From: Candidatus Aminicenantes bacterium UBA6228
GTDB taxonomy: Bacteria; Acidobacteriota; Aminicenantia; Aminicenantales; Saccharicenantaceae
Direction: 5' to 3'
Length of the DNA stretch: 64,000 nt
Assembly: GCA_002441005.1 (NCBI GenBank)
Contig: DJWO01000014.1
Coordinates: forward strand, 88,662 to 152,661
The number at the start of each line of letters is the position of its first letter. Position 1 is the stretch's first letter. The translations under genes and the position numbers were made by a program. This document shows, piece after piece, positions 30,576 through 40,112 of this stretch. The notes below the pieces were generated by a model. That model was not told the DNA's origin, did not search any database, and saw only the letters and a list, made by a program, of their open reading frames with translations.

Positions 30576-31232
30576 TTAACTACTGGCCTGAAGCTTCATA
30601 ACTTTCATGGCTGCCTGATAGCCATAATAAGTGTTCTGGTAGCCAGCCTGGAGTTCCTGGTAAACAGTCAAAGCCTGCTGCCGGTCGCCTTTCTTCTCAT
30701 AAACTTCAGCTAAATGAAACAGGATTAAGTCTAAGGGGTAAGATTCTGGCTTCTCTTTTTCTACCTGCCGGTAGACAGCAATAGCTTCATCCAGCTTATT
30801 CTGCCTGGACAGCACCTGACCGTAAAGATCAAGAATCTGATAATGAATGAGATCCGAGCCTTTATCTTTCACCCGCTCCAGAATTTTTTCGGCCTGGCTA
30901 AAATTATTCTTCTCGACATAGTAAGCAGCCAGGCTCAAGCTGGCGATCCTCCCATAACGGCTGGAGCCGGCCAGTTTTTCCAGCTCGGCCAGATTTTCAG
31001 GCTTTTGATCAAGCTCAGCTCTGAGAGTCAGTACCTGATTTAAATAATTGGCTTCCTGACTTTTTCTATAGCCGCTGTAAAGCCTTAAGCCAATAATGAT
31101 GGCGGCTACCACCACCACCGCTATCCCGCCGATTTCGAGCTGTTTTCCATGTTTTTTTACCCAGAGAAAAAAACGGCTCAGCCCGGTAGCCAGTTCATCT
31201 TCTTTTAGTTGTTTTCGTTCCGTCCTTTTCAT
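30576..31232 (-). CDS. YfgM-like membrane-anchored TPR protein
   Basis: MKRTERKQLKEDE, single TM helix, TPR-like helical repeats. Confidence 0.8.
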   Translation of the reverse strand: MKRTERKQLKEDELATGLSRFFLWVKKHGKQLEIGGIAVVVVAAIIIGLRLYSGYRKSQEANYLNQVLTLRAELDQKPENLAELEKLAGSSRYGRIASLSLAAYYVEKNNFSQAEKILERVKDKGSDLIHYQILDLYGQVLSRQNKLDEAIAVYRQVEKEKPESYPLDLILFHLAEVYEKKGDRQQALTVYQELQAGYQNTYYGYQAAMKVMKLQASS

Positions 31233-31299
31233 ATTTTCTCCTTAAAGACATCATTTTTAGCATAAATGGGAAAAAATTCCAAGCTATTCTCCTTTCTGG

Positions 31300-31465
31300 T
31301 AAGTACTGGCCTGAGTTCTTCGCCCGTAGGCAGCAATCCCAGAAGGGAGCCGGCTGTCCCCCTGTCATCTGACTTAGCCCGGTTGACCAGCTGCGGAAAA
31401 CGAAGCCGGTCCCCCAATACCTGGCGGCGGGGTACCCTCAAACAGGGCGACTTAAGCGAAGTTAT
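31300..31465 (+). ncRNA. ssrS: Probable 6S RNA
   Basis: Intergenic rod-like fold: CTGAGT..TCGCCC (31311-31325) pairs with GGGCGACTTAAG (31445-31456); GGGAGCCGGCT (31345-31355) pairs with AGCCGGTCCC (31404-31413); a less-paired central region lies between them. Ends approximate. Confidence 0.55.
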
Positions 31466-31530
31466 TGATAAAAATCAGTCCTGACCGTCCCCCGATAACT
31501 GGCTGGAGGCAAACAGAAGCAAAATAGAGC

Positions 31531-32838
31531 TTAAAAATCAAATTGAATTAAGCCAGATTTTTCTTTGATCTGGCGCCTGATATCTTCTTTGGTAATCAAT
31601 CCCTCTTTTTCAGCCCTGATGGCTTTAAACAAATCATAAGTGGTCAGCAAGCAATTTCCGTCTTTTTCTGCTTCTTCAATCTGGAACTGGGAAAAAGGAT
31701 TCTTTCTCAGCCTGGCTTCCTGCTGGTTAAAGTAATTGCCCAGAAGCAAACCTTTCATTTTGGTATTATCAAATTCCTGCATTCTGCGCCCTTTAAACCT
31801 CTGGAGCATGATACAATCGTCGTCGGCAGCCCAGTTCTTGGAGCTTCTAACCACCACCAGGATTAAAAAACCTTTCCGCAGGCTGGCTTCAACCGGCTGA
31901 TCAGAATCATCAATGATCCAGATATCCTCTTCTTTATCTCTGATCACATTTTTCCAGTAGTCATCAACGTCAACTGCTTTGGTCCAGCCGAGATATTTAA
32001 AAGCATTAACCGCAGCTGTTTTGAGCTCCTGGCCTTCAGCTTTGAGCAGCCGGATAAAAGATTCCTGTTCAGTTGCCTTTAGAGTTTTAATCTGCTCATC
32101 TATTTGTTTGATTTTCTCTTCAAATTTCCTTTTTTCTTCGTCTTTTTGACGGTAGAGATGTTTAATTTCAGGAAAGACATATTCTTCCCGGTCAGCCCAA
32201 TCAGTCTGTTCTGTCTCTTTGCCCTTAAAATCTAACAGCGGGAAAATATCTCTCAGAATGAAATCGGCTACCTGAATGTTATTGGACCCGAACCAGGGAA
32301 GAAGCCAGAAAAATCCTTTCCCCTTCCTGATCAGCAAAGAAACCGGATAGCCGTCCTGGCTTTTAGCCACAATTTTCCAGCTTTCGTCCAGGGCCGATGG
32401 AATTTCCCAGATGTCTGCCGCCAGAGGATCAGGCAGCAGTTTGTACATAAAGCCGATTTTGTCAAAATATCTATCAAACAGAAGGTTAAAGGGCAACTCA
32501 GGATTGACAATGATAGAATCGCCTTTGGCTGATTCCTGGAGATGAATTTCAGGTAAGGCCCCGATGACACCAGTCAGTTGATAAAGATATCCCTGGCCGA
32601 TAAAACCAACCAGTCTGGCCCCGTTTTTGACCAGATCCCTTATCTTTTCTGACAGGTCGGCCGGTATGGCCTCATTTTCCACGGCCGAGCTCATCTGGAA
32701 AAAGATGTTCTTGGTTCCAGGTAAAACGACCGGCAAATTCTGGAAATCAGAGGTACGCAGCAAATAGGTTTCAATTTTTTCCTGCTCAAAGAAAGCTTTA
32801 TCCTTCTCCTCAAAATCCAGTAAAACAATGCTGTCCAT
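31531..32838 (-). CDS. Hypothetical protein; C-terminal domain possibly a degenerate restriction-endonuclease-like fold
   Basis: 435-aa ORF with a coiled coil, then AFKYLGW..EDIWI..LVVVRS..KGLLLGN..LLTTYDLF. Confidence 0.65.
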   Translation of the reverse strand: MDSIVLLDFEEKDKAFFEQEKIETYLLRTSDFQNLPVVLPGTKNIFFQMSSAVENEAIPADLSEKIRDLVKNGARLVGFIGQGYLYQLTGVIGALPEIHLQESAKGDSIIVNPELPFNLLFDRYFDKIGFMYKLLPDPLAADIWEIPSALDESWKIVAKSQDGYPVSLLIRKGKGFFWLLPWFGSNNIQVADFILRDIFPLLDFKGKETEQTDWADREEYVFPEIKHLYRQKDEEKRKFEEKIKQIDEQIKTLKATEQESFIRLLKAEGQELKTAAVNAFKYLGWTKAVDVDDYWKNVIRDKEEDIWIIDDSDQPVEASLRKGFLILVVVRSSKNWAADDDCIMLQRFKGRRMQEFDNTKMKGLLLGNYFNQQEARLRKNPFSQFQIEEAEKDGNCLLTTYDLFKAIRAEKEGLITKEDIRRQIKEKSGLIQFDF

Positions 32839-32964
32839 GGCCCTATCCTTTCATAAAATCTTTCAATTATGATAAATAATACAACTCACCCCTTGTTTTA
32901 TCACCTCTCAAGATGATTTTCAGGATGAATTCTTTCCCTCTTCTTTCATCAGAATTGAAAGGCC

Positions 32965-33042
32965 TGGTGCCCCTGGCCAGACTCGAACTGGCGGCACAGG
33001 GATTAGGAATCCCTTGCTCTATCCATACTGAGCTACAGGGGC
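32965..33042 (-). tRNA. tRNA-Arg(CCT)
   Basis: GCCCCTG/CAGGGGC acceptor stem, AGGGA-TTCCTAA-TCCCT anticodon arm, TTCGAGT T-loop, encoded CCA. Confidence 0.96.
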
Positions 33043-33157
33043 AACCATCTTGCCAGGTAAATATAACTTAAGCCTGAGTTTTTTTCAATTCGGGGTGCCG
33101 TCAGGAGCTGCTCTCGGGCCAATGGTGGATTTTGACTGGTTGAACCCTCAAGAAGCT

Positions 33158-33985
33158 TCAGAGTTGACAGGCGGGACAGTAGAAGGTACTCCGGCCGTTG
33201 ATCTTTTCTCTGACTATTTTTTCGCGATGGCAACGGGGGCAGAGCTGCCCGTCTCTGGCATAAACCCGGTGCCGCCGCTGGTATCCACCCTTTTCGCCCA
33301 TAGCGTCAATGTAGTCGCTAATAGATGAGCCCTTAAGAGCAATAGCTTCCTCCAGAACCCTTCTGGCCGCCCGGTAGAGTCTGGCCGCCTGTTCTTCAGT
33401 CAGGCTACCAGCCAGCCGGAAAGGACTGAGCCTGGCCCTGAAAAGTATCTCATCAGAATAGATATTACCAATCCCGGCTATGATTTTCTGGTCAAGCAGC
33501 CAGTTTTTTAACCTTTTTTGACCATGTCTTTTCAGTAAATACCTAAAATCATTGAGACTGATCTCAAACGGCTCCGGCCCTAAATCTGTCTTTATTTTTT
33601 CTTCAATTTGACTTAAAGCTAAACAGTTTAGAAAACCGAACTTCCTGATGTCCCGGAAGAGCAGTTCTTTTTTCAGTCCGTAAAAGGTCAGGCGGGCATG
33701 GGTATGCTTATCTATTTTCCGGGCAGGATCAGCCAGAAAAAGCTGCCCGGTCATCTTCAGATGAACCAGCAATCCCAGCTGGCCATCAAACCTGAAAACA
33801 ATCATCTTTCCCCGGCGCCAGATATCCAGGATTTTTCGCCGGCGGTAAGCCTCCGGCCGGAAAGCCCCTGGTAATTGCTTTTTTTTAAGATGAGGTGATA
33901 TAAAAACCAATTCCTTAACCCGCCGGCCAAGAAGATTAGCTTTCAAACCCGTGACGATAGTTTCAACTTCAGGCAATTCAGGCAT
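33158..33985 (-). CDS. mutM: Formamidopyrimidine-DNA glycosylase
   Basis: MPELPEVET, HLKMTG, DIRKFG, GIGNIYSDE, CPRC..CPACQ. Confidence 0.96.
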   Translation of the reverse strand: MPELPEVETIVTGLKANLLGRRVKELVFISPHLKKKQLPGAFRPEAYRRRKILDIWRRGKMIVFRFDGQLGLLVHLKMTGQLFLADPARKIDKHTHARLTFYGLKKELLFRDIRKFGFLNCLALSQIEEKIKTDLGPEPFEISLNDFRYLLKRHGQKRLKNWLLDQKIIAGIGNIYSDEILFRARLSPFRLAGSLTEEQAARLYRAARRVLEEAIALKGSSISDYIDAMGEKGGYQRRHRVYARDGQLCPRCHREKIVREKINGRSTFYCPACQL

Positions 33986-34081
33986 GGTGAAATTTTACAC
34001 TCTTTCCCTGCCACTCTCCAGATTATATCAATTTTTAATCAGCTCTGGTCTTGATTTAAGGACTGATTTTGATTAACATAA

Positions 34082-34456
34082 ATGCTTATGAAAACGAAAG
34101 CATTAACCGCAGGCCTGCTGGGCTGGTTCGTCCCCGGCCTGGGGCACCTGTATCTTAAAAAATACTGGCGTGGACTGATTTTCTTAGCGGCCATCGGCTT
34201 GATGTGTCTCTTAGGGCTGGTTATGGGGGGAAGAATTTACCCTGTTCAGGCTGATAATCCTCTGACCGTGCTGGCTTTTCTCTCTGATCTCGGTAATGGT
34301 CTGCTCTATATCCTGTCGAGGTTCTTGCCTCTGGGTCTGGGAGAGATGGAAAGAGTTTCCTTTGAGTTCGGTAGTGCTTATCTGGCTGGGGCCGGTTTGC
34401 TCAATTTTTTGATTGCTCTTGATGCCTGGGATATCGGCCGGGAGAAAAAATCATGA
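34082..34456 (+). CDS. Small membrane protein (DUF6677-like)
   Basis: GWFVPGLGHLYL and AGAGLLNFLIALDAWD; three TM helices. Confidence 0.7.
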   Translation: MLMKTKALTAGLLGWFVPGLGHLYLKKYWRGLIFLAAIGLMCLLGLVMGGRIYPVQADNPLTVLAFLSDLGNGLLYILSRFLPLGLGEMERVSFEFGSAYLAGAGLLNFLIALDAWDIGREKKS

Positions 34457-34632
34457 TCCTTGAAAGTCACCTCTACACCATGATCATTTATGCCATGCTG
34501 GTCTCAGTTGTCCTGGCCCTGATTAGAAGATCTGATTTTAAATCCAGGTTAAAATACGGCCTGACTCTTTTTTTGATTATGACTCTGGCTTCGCTGGCCT
34601 TTGGCTGGTTTATGTATTTATTTGCTAGATAA
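34453..34632 (+). CDS. Small two-TM protein, 59 aa (not in the ORF track)
   Basis: MILESHLYTMIIYAMLVSVVLALIRRSDFKSRLKYGLTLFLIMTLASLAFGWFMYLFAR; ATGA overlap with the upstream stop. Confidence 0.7.
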   Translation: MILESHLYTMIIYAMLVSVVLALIRRSDFKSRLKYGLTLFLIMTLASLAFGWFMYLFAR

Positions 34633-34739
34633 ACTCAGCCGCTTATCTGCCTTCCTCATTCCTCCCCGCTTCACTCTCTGGCTGGTTCTGTTTCTTTTTC
34701 TGATTTTTTGAACCAGGAAAAAATTTTATGTTATAATCA

Positions 34740-36206
34740 TTGCCTTTAATCATGAAATACGAAACTATCATCGGTCTTGAGATTCATGCCCAGCTTCTGA
34801 CTAAAACCAAGCTTTTCTGCCGCTGCCGTACCAGGTTTGGGCTTCAGCCCAACAGCCAGACCTGTCCGGTCTGCCTGGGACTGCCGGGCAGCCTGCCGGT
34901 CATCAACCGGGAAGCGGTCAGAATGGCTATCAAGCTGGCTCTGGCTCTTCAAGCCAGAATTAACCTGAAATCAGTTTTCAGCCGGAAAAATTATTTTTAC
35001 CCCGATTTGCCTAAAGGCTACCAGATTACCCAGTACAATCTGCCGGTGGCTGAAGGCGGCCAACTGCTGATTGAAAACGAGGGCCAGCCAAAAATAATTC
35101 ACTTAGAAAGGCTTCACCTCGAAGAAGATGCCGGCAAATCACTGCATGAAGGCTTCCCCGATTCGGCTGAGAAAACTTACCTGGATTTTAACCGTTGCGG
35201 CGTTCCACTCGTTGAAATTGTCACCAGGCCAGAGATGAGTACGTCCAGTGAAGCTGTTGAGTTTGTTCAAAATCTGAGGACGCTTCTCCAGTACCTGGAA
35301 GTTTGCGACGGAAATATGGAAGAAGGCAACCTCCGCTGTGATGCCAATTTATCTGTCAGGCGGACAGATTCAAAAGAAGCTGGAACAAAAACTGAGGTTA
35401 AAAACATCAATTCTTTCCGCTTTCTGGCCAGGGCCCTTGACTATGAAGCTAAACGTCAGATAGAACTTCTGGAAAAAGGCGAGAGAATAATTCAGGAGAC
35501 CAGAGGCTGGGATACAGCTGGAGGAAGAACTGTTCCCCAGCGCAGCAAAGAAGAAGCTCATGATTACCGCTATTTTCCTGAGCCTGATTTGCCGCCGCTC
35601 ATTATTTCGGAAGGCTGGATAAAAGAGATTGAAGCTGACCTCCCCGAGCTGCCCCAGGCTAAGATGGAAAGATTTATCCGGGAATATAATCTGGCTCCCG
35701 ACGAGGCCGGCATCCTGGTTTCCAGCCGGGCTTTAGCTGATTACTATGAGGCTGTAGCCCGCGATTCAGGCTTACCCCGTCAGGCCGCTAACTGGGTCAA
35801 AAGAGAAGTCCTGCAATTCCTTAAAGAAAACAATCTGGAAATAGACCTGTTTCCTATCCAACCGGGCTCGCTGGCTGCACTGATCAAGCTGGTAGAAGCT
35901 CAAGAGATCACCATGACCATCGCCAAGGAACAGGTTTTCCCCGAAATGCTGAAAACGGGAAAAGAGGCCAGCTCTATCATTGAAGAAAAGGGACTGAAGC
36001 CAATCGCTGAAGATAGTGCGCTGCTGGCCATCATCAACCGGGTTCTGGAGGAGAATCCTCAGCCGGTCAGTCAATATCTTGGCGGTAAGACTCAGGTTAT
36101 GGGCTTCTTGCTCGGCCAGGTGATGAAAGGCAGCCAGGGAAAAGCCAGCCCGGAAAAGGCTCGCTCTCTCCTGACCGAAGCCCTCAACCGGCTGGCTGAA
36201 AAATAA
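34740..36206 (+). CDS. gatB: Asp/Glu-tRNA amidotransferase subunit B
   Basis: IGLEIHAQL, RKNYFYPDLPKGYQITQ, HLEEDAGKS, MEEGNLRCDAN, YRYFPEPDL. Confidence 0.97.
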   Translation: MPLIMKYETIIGLEIHAQLLTKTKLFCRCRTRFGLQPNSQTCPVCLGLPGSLPVINREAVRMAIKLALALQARINLKSVFSRKNYFYPDLPKGYQITQYNLPVAEGGQLLIENEGQPKIIHLERLHLEEDAGKSLHEGFPDSAEKTYLDFNRCGVPLVEIVTRPEMSTSSEAVEFVQNLRTLLQYLEVCDGNMEEGNLRCDANLSVRRTDSKEAGTKTEVKNINSFRFLARALDYEAKRQIELLEKGERIIQETRGWDTAGGRTVPQRSKEEAHDYRYFPEPDLPPLIISEGWIKEIEADLPELPQAKMERFIREYNLAPDEAGILVSSRALADYYEAVARDSGLPRQAANWVKREVLQFLKENNLEIDLFPIQPGSLAALIKLVEAQEITMTIAKEQVFPEMLKTGKEASSIIEEKGLKPIAEDSALLAIINRVLEENPQPVSQYLGGKTQVMGFLLGQVMKGSQGKASPEKARSLLTEALNRLAEK

Positions 36207-36222
36207 GATCTTATTAGCTTAG

Positions 36223-36891
36223 ATGATTGAACTTTATCATATCTGGAAGCAGTACCAGAAACCTCACTGGGCTATTGCCGATGTTTCCCTCGAAATAAAC
36301 ACCGGGGACTTCTGTTTTATCACCGGGCCCAGCGGTTCAGGCAAAACAACCCTGCTCAGAATTATTTTCAGGGAAATCCTGCCGACTGAAGGTCAGATCC
36401 TCATCGATGGAGTCAATATTCTTAAAATACCTGATCATAAAATTTATAAACTCCGCCGGCTGATGGGAATTGTCTTCCAGGATTTCAGGTTGATGTTTCA
36501 TCAATCAGTTTTTGCCAATGTAGCCATATCCCTGCAGATTACCGGCCTGCCGGATAAAGAGATCAGACGCCGGGTTTTCAACTCTCTCCGCCAGGTCAAC
36601 CTCCATCATAAAATGTGGGAATATCCTTCCAGGCTGTCCTATGGCGAGCAGCAAAGAGTGGCCATCGCCCGGGCCATAGTCAATCACCCTAAGATTCTGC
36701 TGGCTGATGAGCCAACCGGCAATCTGGACCCGGAACTGGCCTACGAAATTATGACCATTTTTAAGGAAATCAACGATCAGGGAGCAACGGTCATTATTGG
36801 TAGCCATGACCGGGAATTAATCCGTCATTTTGGCCATAAAATCTTTTTCCTTCAGACAGGCAAAATCATTGGCCAGGAAGTAAAGCCATGA
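36223..36891 (+). CDS. ftsE: Cell division ATP-binding protein FtsE
   Basis: GPSGSGKTT, IVFQDFRL, LSYGEQQRVAIARA, LADEPTGNLD. Confidence 0.9.
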   Translation: MIELYHIWKQYQKPHWAIADVSLEINTGDFCFITGPSGSGKTTLLRIIFREILPTEGQILIDGVNILKIPDHKIYKLRRLMGIVFQDFRLMFHQSVFANVAISLQITGLPDKEIRRRVFNSLRQVNLHHKMWEYPSRLSYGEQQRVAIARAIVNHPKILLADEPTGNLDPELAYEIMTIFKEINDQGATVIIGSHDRELIRHFGHKIFFLQTGKIIGQEVKP

Positions 36892-37787
36892 TTTTCAGAC
36901 AGCTCAAATATCTTTTGCAGTCAGCTGGCCATAACCTCTGGAATTTCCGGGGCCGCAATTTGATTTCGGTTCTGATTATCAGTTTTTCTTTCCTGGTGAT
37001 CGGAGTTTTTTTAGCCCTGTCCAATAACCTGACTTATCTTGGTGAGCAGTTATCGAATAACCTGGCCATTTCTTTCTTTCTTAAACAGAATTTACCAGCT
37101 AAAGAGGTCGAAGAAATAAGGCAGGTAATCCTGGATTCAACCTTAGTGGATAACGTAGTTTATGTTTCTCAGAGCGAAGCCCTGAGCCGTTTTACCGCCA
37201 ACTTTCCAGAATTAAAAGAGATTGTGGCCAATCTGGACTCAAATCCTTTTCCTCCTTCGCTGGAAGCCAGGCTCAAAGATAAGTCTGTCACCTTAGCCAC
37301 CATTACTGCTTTTATTGACCACATCAAGCGCCTGCCTGGTGTGGTTGATGTCCAGTTCAATCAAGACTGGGTAGAAAAAATGGAATCTTTAAGCCGGATA
37401 GTCCAGGCCATTGGCTTCTTTCTGGGCGTGATTTTAATTCTGGCCTCTTTCTTTATTATTTCCAATGTGGTCAGGCTTAACGTCTTTGCCCGCAAAAATG
37501 AAATCGAAATCCAGCGGCTGGTTGGAGCCACTAATACTTTCATCCGGATTCCCTTCCTGGTTGAAGGCTTTGTCCTGGGCCTCGCAGGCAGCCTTCTTTC
37601 TATTTTTATTCTTTTTCTCCTGATCAAAATTTTTCCGGTTTATATTGGCCAGACTCTGGGCGCAGCCGAGCAGCTACTGGCTTTGAGACCTTTAAGCCTG
37701 GAACAGATGATCTGGCTGGTAGTTGGCGGGGCCTTGACCGGCACGCTGGGCAGCGCCAGCTCGGTCTCGAAGTTTTTGCGGGTCTGA
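36888..37787 (+). CDS. ftsX: Cell division permease FtsX
   Basis: One plus three TM topology, NPFPPS, RKNEIEIQRLVGAT; follows ftsE. Confidence 0.9.
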   Translation: MIFRQLKYLLQSAGHNLWNFRGRNLISVLIISFSFLVIGVFLALSNNLTYLGEQLSNNLAISFFLKQNLPAKEVEEIRQVILDSTLVDNVVYVSQSEALSRFTANFPELKEIVANLDSNPFPPSLEARLKDKSVTLATITAFIDHIKRLPGVVDVQFNQDWVEKMESLSRIVQAIGFFLGVILILASFFIISNVVRLNVFARKNEIEIQRLVGATNTFIRIPFLVEGFVLGLAGSLLSIFILFLLIKIFPVYIGQTLGAAEQLLALRPLSLEQMIWLVVGGALTGTLGSASSVSKFLRV

Positions 37788-37881
37788 GCTGCTGCCCTGG
37801 TTCTAAAAACTCCTGGGCCTGGGTGCTCAAACCGGCGATTTGACTCATAATGGGAAGTTCATTTAAAATTAAAGCAGAATT

Positions 37882-38673
37882 ATGGAAAGTTTAGGCAGGC
37901 TATTAAAAAACAGCAGAGAGAAAAAAGGGCTGTCTTTAAAAGATATCTCTCTCGAGACAAAAATTGGCCTCCGTCACCTGGAAGCTATTGAAGCGGACCA
38001 GCTTGAACTTTTACCTGGTGGCTTTTTTACCCGCCAGATCTTAAAGACTTATCTAATAGCCATTGGAGAAGATCCAGCCCTCTGGCTGCCAAAGTATATA
38101 CAGGCTGGCTTAATCGAACCAGAAACTCCAGCCAGGCCAGCCGGCCCGCCTCATAAGCCACGCCAGAAAATCAGACTCGATAAAATTTTCTGGATTTCTA
38201 TATCAGCCATCGTGCTAATTGCCTTTGTCTTTTTAATCTATCTCTCCATTTCAACTTCCAGAAAAAATGTGGAAGCCAGAAAGGCCAATCAAAAAGTTGA
38301 AGAAGTCTCAAAAGCAGCTGTGACCGAGGCACCTGCTCCTTCGCTGCCGGTGACGGAACCAGTTCAACTGCCGGTCGAGGAAAAAATTTATCAAGGCTTG
38401 AACCTGGATTTAACCTTTAACGAAGATTGCTGGATTCAGGTCTATGCCGATGGCCAGCTGGTGGTGGATGGTCTGAAACTGGAAGGCTCTAAGACTTCGG
38501 TTAAAGCCAGCTCGGAGTTAATCATCAATCTGGGTAATGCCGGCGGGCTGAGTTTTACTTTAAATGGGAAAACCGGCCAGCCCTTCGGGAAAAGAGGCGA
38601 AGTAATTAAAAATATTAAAATCACACTTGATAACCTGAACGGTTACCTTCAGCCAGAAATTAAGACTGACTGA
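37882..38673 (+). CDS. rodZ: RodZ-like cell shape protein (HTH, TM, DUF4115)
   Basis: LGRLLKNSREKKGLSL..TKI..LEAIE HTH, single TM helix, CWIQVYADG..LGNAGG. Confidence 0.85.
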   Translation: MESLGRLLKNSREKKGLSLKDISLETKIGLRHLEAIEADQLELLPGGFFTRQILKTYLIAIGEDPALWLPKYIQAGLIEPETPARPAGPPHKPRQKIRLDKIFWISISAIVLIAFVFLIYLSISTSRKNVEARKANQKVEEVSKAAVTEAPAPSLPVTEPVQLPVEEKIYQGLNLDLTFNEDCWIQVYADGQLVVDGLKLEGSKTSVKASSELIINLGNAGGLSFTLNGKTGQPFGKRGEVIKNIKITLDNLNGYLQPEIKTD

Positions 38674-38718
38674 CCAGCCTGACCCCCCAGATTTATTTAA
38701 TGAGGACAACCGGAACAA

Positions 38719-39453
38719 ATGCCACTGGAACAATCAGAAGCCATCATTTTAAGAACAGAAAATTACGGCGAACAGGATAAACTCGTTGTCTTCTTTTCCC
38801 GCGAAAAAGGGTTGGGCCGGGGGCTGGCCAAAGGCGCCCGTAAATTTAATAACCGTTTCGGCAGCAGCCTTGAACCCTTTTCTCAAGTCCGGCTTTTTTA
38901 TTATGAAAAAGAAAAGCATGATTTTGTTACCATCAGTAACAGTGATCTCCTCGATTCGGCCTTTGAACTTTTCAGCCAGATAAAAACTACCTGGGCTTTT
39001 GCCTATCTGGCCGAGCTGACGGAAAAATTCTCTCCTTACCGGGAAAAGGAAGAACTTCTTTATCGCCTGCTTCAAGCCGTAACGGCAGCGGCCAAAGCCG
39101 GTCAGCCTGTTGAATATATCACCAGATATTTTGAATTCTGGTTTTTAAAGATTAACGGCATTTTGCCTGATTTTAACCGCTGTCAGCATTGCCACCGGCC
39201 GGTTAAGTCCTCCAGCTGGCTGGCCGCTGAAAGGCAGGGGGTCCTTTGTCCGGCCTGCGCCCATGATCAAAAACTGGAAGTGGCCCCGGTCCTCCGCCGG
39301 CTGATTGACTGGATGAAAAAAAATTCACCGGCCAGTCTGCCCGATTTCCAGCCGACACCTGAGGACTGGAAAAACCTGGGGAAAATATTTCAGGCTATTA
39401 TTGTCTTTAATCTGGAAGAAAGGCCCCGGACCCTCGATTATCTGGACTTCTAA
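38719..39453 (+). CDS. recO: DNA repair protein RecO
   Basis: YGEQDKLV, AKGARK, CQHC..CPAC zinc motif. Confidence 0.92.
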   Translation: MPLEQSEAIILRTENYGEQDKLVVFFSREKGLGRGLAKGARKFNNRFGSSLEPFSQVRLFYYEKEKHDFVTISNSDLLDSAFELFSQIKTTWAFAYLAELTEKFSPYREKEELLYRLLQAVTAAAKAGQPVEYITRYFEFWFLKINGILPDFNRCQHCHRPVKSSSWLAAERQGVLCPACAHDQKLEVAPVLRRLIDWMKKNSPASLPDFQPTPEDWKNLGKIFQAIIVFNLEERPRTLDYLDF

Positions 39454-39542
39454 AAGCCAGGTTAATAAAGAGCCAGCCTTTAACCAACCTCTAAGTTAAG
39501 GTCGGTTTTCATCATCAGCTGTGCCCAAAAATTCCTGCCGTT

Positions 39543-39797
39543 CTAAACAACATAGCTGATAACTTTCCCTTCGGCATCGCAGGTTCTAAACCAGGCCAGA
39601 ACCGGTTTGCCCCCCGCATCATGAAATTTGCCAAGCAGAATCATAATCAGATCAACCAGAACGCCAATCCCTAAGCAGCCCAGGGTCAGAAGCCAGATAA
39701 CAGCTGTGCCTGTCTTGCCGTTATAAAAGCGGTGAGCACCAAAGATCCCTAAAAACCAGCAAAACAGTAACGTTACCATTCTGGATTTTTCAGACAT
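39543..39797 (-). CDS. TM2 domain protein
   Basis: LLFCWFLGIFGAHRFYNGKTGTAVIWLLTLG. Confidence 0.88.
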   Translation of the reverse strand: MSEKSRMVTLLFCWFLGIFGAHRFYNGKTGTAVIWLLTLGCLGIGVLVDLIMILLGKFHDAGGKPVLAWFRTCDAEGKVISYVV

Positions 39798-40112
39798 AAG
39801 AATGCCTCCCTGTTATTCACCAGATTGAAAAGCAAATTATCACAGAATCCGGTTTTGAATCAATCAGATTATTTTTTGATTGGAAAAACTGAGATTGAAA
39901 ATGATGTCCTTTTAGGAAACAATGTAAGTCCGGGAGCAGGTTTTAACCAGGAGTCCGGTAAGAAGCCACGTAGAGCGCAGCGCTGAGCAATGGTTAAACA
40001 CCCGAGATAAATCAGTCCGGGCGGCTGATAACTGAAGGTGAAAATTACTTAGCAAAGGTCAATACCCTGGTCAGGACCGGCAGCCTGACCAATAAAAACT
40101 TAAGGAACTGAG

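Noticed and set aside
31229-31484. Short ORFs on both strands
   Set aside because: They overlap the structured RNA candidate and lack an RBS or recognisable motifs. RNase P, tmRNA and SRP signature motifs are also absent.
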